The notes under the pieces were generated by a model. That model was not told the origin of the DNA and made no database searches. It worked only from the letters and a program-made list of their open reading frames with translations. Positions 62,595 through 64,000 of a stretch of DNA of 64,000 nucleotides are shown piece after piece. A program made the position numbers and the translations under genes. The stretch is from the NCBI GenBank assembly GCA_051362555.1, contig CM120648.1, positions 17,914,587-17,978,586 on the forward strand, in the 5' to 3' direction. The DNA is from Lingula anatina. Its lineage: Eukaryota; Animalia; Brachiopoda. Position 1 is the stretch's first letter, and every line of letters starts with the position of its first letter.

Positions 62595-62640
62595 ACTGTG
62601 TACCTTGATAACTCTAGCTGTCTCCTCCATGTCTCTCAGA
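61355..62640. repeat. Compound minisatellite: about 15 copies of an HSD exon end and donor, separated by variable (CA)n
   Basis: gtaccttgataactctagctgtctcctccatgtctcccaggtcaatgtgtg recurs every ~65-100 bp. The real junction is at 62603/62604. Confidence 0.95.
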
Positions 62641-62705
62641 TCAGCTACTGTGTACACATGGTTAGACTCAGGTGCCGGAGATAACTTGTTACACTCTGCG
62701 ATGAC
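62604..62705 (-). CDS. HSD11B1L: 11-beta-HSD1-like SDR, exon
   Basis: Acceptor cttcag, VIAECNKLSPAPESNHVYTVADLRDMEETARVIK, donor AAG|GTACAC. Phase 0-0 links the neighbouring exons. Confidence 0.82.
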
Positions 62706-63012
62706 CTGAAGCCGTTATTATGGAAAAAATGCAACAGACACTCAACTGTTCAAATTGCAATACCAATAAGTAAATTACAGAGCAGCTTTTGTAAAGGAAA
62801 ATAAAATTGTTAATTTTTTTTAAACAATGTTTATTCGAAAGAAATGGAGGCAAAGCGCTAAAAGCATTAGATTCAAAGATTTCAGTATTGGAACAATACA
62901 AAATCCAATGCAAAATCGTTAATAAAGCATATTTTCTAAGATACGAAGTTCAAAGCTGTTATTTGAAGGTTGACCTTCCCTCACTTCTCTTAATTTATTA
63001 CCGGTAACTGAC

Positions 63013-63143
63013 CTTTTTTAGGAGGTTTTCTCTGCGCGCCGTCAAAACAAGGTTTGCTCCCTTCTTGGCGAAATGGTACGCCACCTGTTCTCCAATTCCA
63101 GAGGACGCCCCGGTAATGAGCACTCTCTTGCCTCTCACCATGG
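63013..63143 (-). CDS. HSD11B1L: 11-beta-HSD1-like SDR, Rossmann-fold exon
   Basis: MVRGKRVLITGASSGIGEQVAYHFAKKGANLVLTARRENLLKK with TGxxxGIG. Acceptor tcacag (phase 1), donor AAG|GTCAGT. The upstream membrane-anchor exon was not located. Confidence 0.92.
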
Positions 63144-64000
63144 CTGTGATAAAACCGATATGCTTATATCAGCCTATTATCATTTTGATTTCTGTTACAA
63201 ATCTGGTAATTAAATATCGCACCGGTAGGCCTGTTTTTAATCCATATGTAATGACAAATATGTGGCTTTATCTTAAGCAGACAACGTACCGTATAGCTAA
63301 AAAAAACACGACTATTGGTACGCGTATGATCGATAACTGATTTAATTCTCGTAAGATTACCATCCGCCCCCTTCCTTATGAATAGGTATTACTTTATTAA
63401 TACAATGAAACCGTCGTGTAGCCGCATGTTAGAAGACAATGTTTGATTACGCACAGCAGTAGGAGGCCGCTACCCCTTCCCAGCAAGGAGTCAACACAGC
63501 AGCGCGTAACCCGGGGTTAATTAGGGGTTATTAGCTGTCCACTTATGATCGGTATTGTTCGTCTTGATTGCAGCACACTTCCTACTCACTATTGGTTCGA
63601 CCGCCTCTTCTTTAAATGCTCTCTCAAACCTTTCCTCAGTCAGCCGAGAATGGAAACACGTTTATCTGCCGAAAAACTACGTCGTTGATGTATTATTCGG
63701 CATCATTCTACAGTGGGTCATAAGGCTCTATCTATCATTTTTTTCGTCTCGCATTTTACCAGATTAAGCTGACGCTCGAAAACTAAATTTAATGAATAAT
63801 TTTCTCACTTGCACCGTATCCAGCTAATTTTACGACAATAACTACACGGCACCTCCGCCATTTGCAATTGTAGACGAACCACGTGTTTCCAACTGATAGG
63901 CCAATACAACTTTACCAGACCCATTGTACGAGAAAAGACCGTTTATATTTAATGAATTAAAAAACATTTGAGGATTGCGATTTTCTATTGATATACTATC

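Noticed and set aside
59425-62640. CRISPR-like repeat-spacer appearance
   Set aside because: The spacers are identical or just (CA)n, there are no cas genes, the context is eukaryotic, and the units derive from host exons.

Overview
This is AT-rich, intron-rich animal DNA, not prokaryotic. A marine invertebrate such as a mollusc is my inference from gene and repeat content. I assembled four spliced genes by hand from GT-AG junctions with consistent phases. (1) A + strand secreted PAN/apple-EGF-LCCL protein (6 exons, 4701-16844, 241 aa). (2) A - strand two-exon orphan class A GPCR (21730-19322, 525 aa). (3) A + strand secreted protein with six chitin-binding type-2 (peritrophin-A) domains in an ABC-ABC arrangement (8 exons, 37277-55967, about 537 aa). 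(4) A - strand 11-beta-hydroxysteroid dehydrogenase 1-like SDR (5 exons seen, 63143-58732; first coding exon not located). Introns and intergenic DNA hold three decayed copies of one DD34E Tc1 element, Harbinger-type MITEs with CWG target sites (one nested in a Tc1), an IS3EU-like foldback element, Kolobok-like elements, minisatellites and microsatellites. The most unusual signal is that four exon-intron junctions in two genes have been tandemly amplified, giving arrays of decoy splice sites. In one array the copied exon piece differs from the real exon almost only at synonymous positions and has the catalytic Lys codon changed to a stop.
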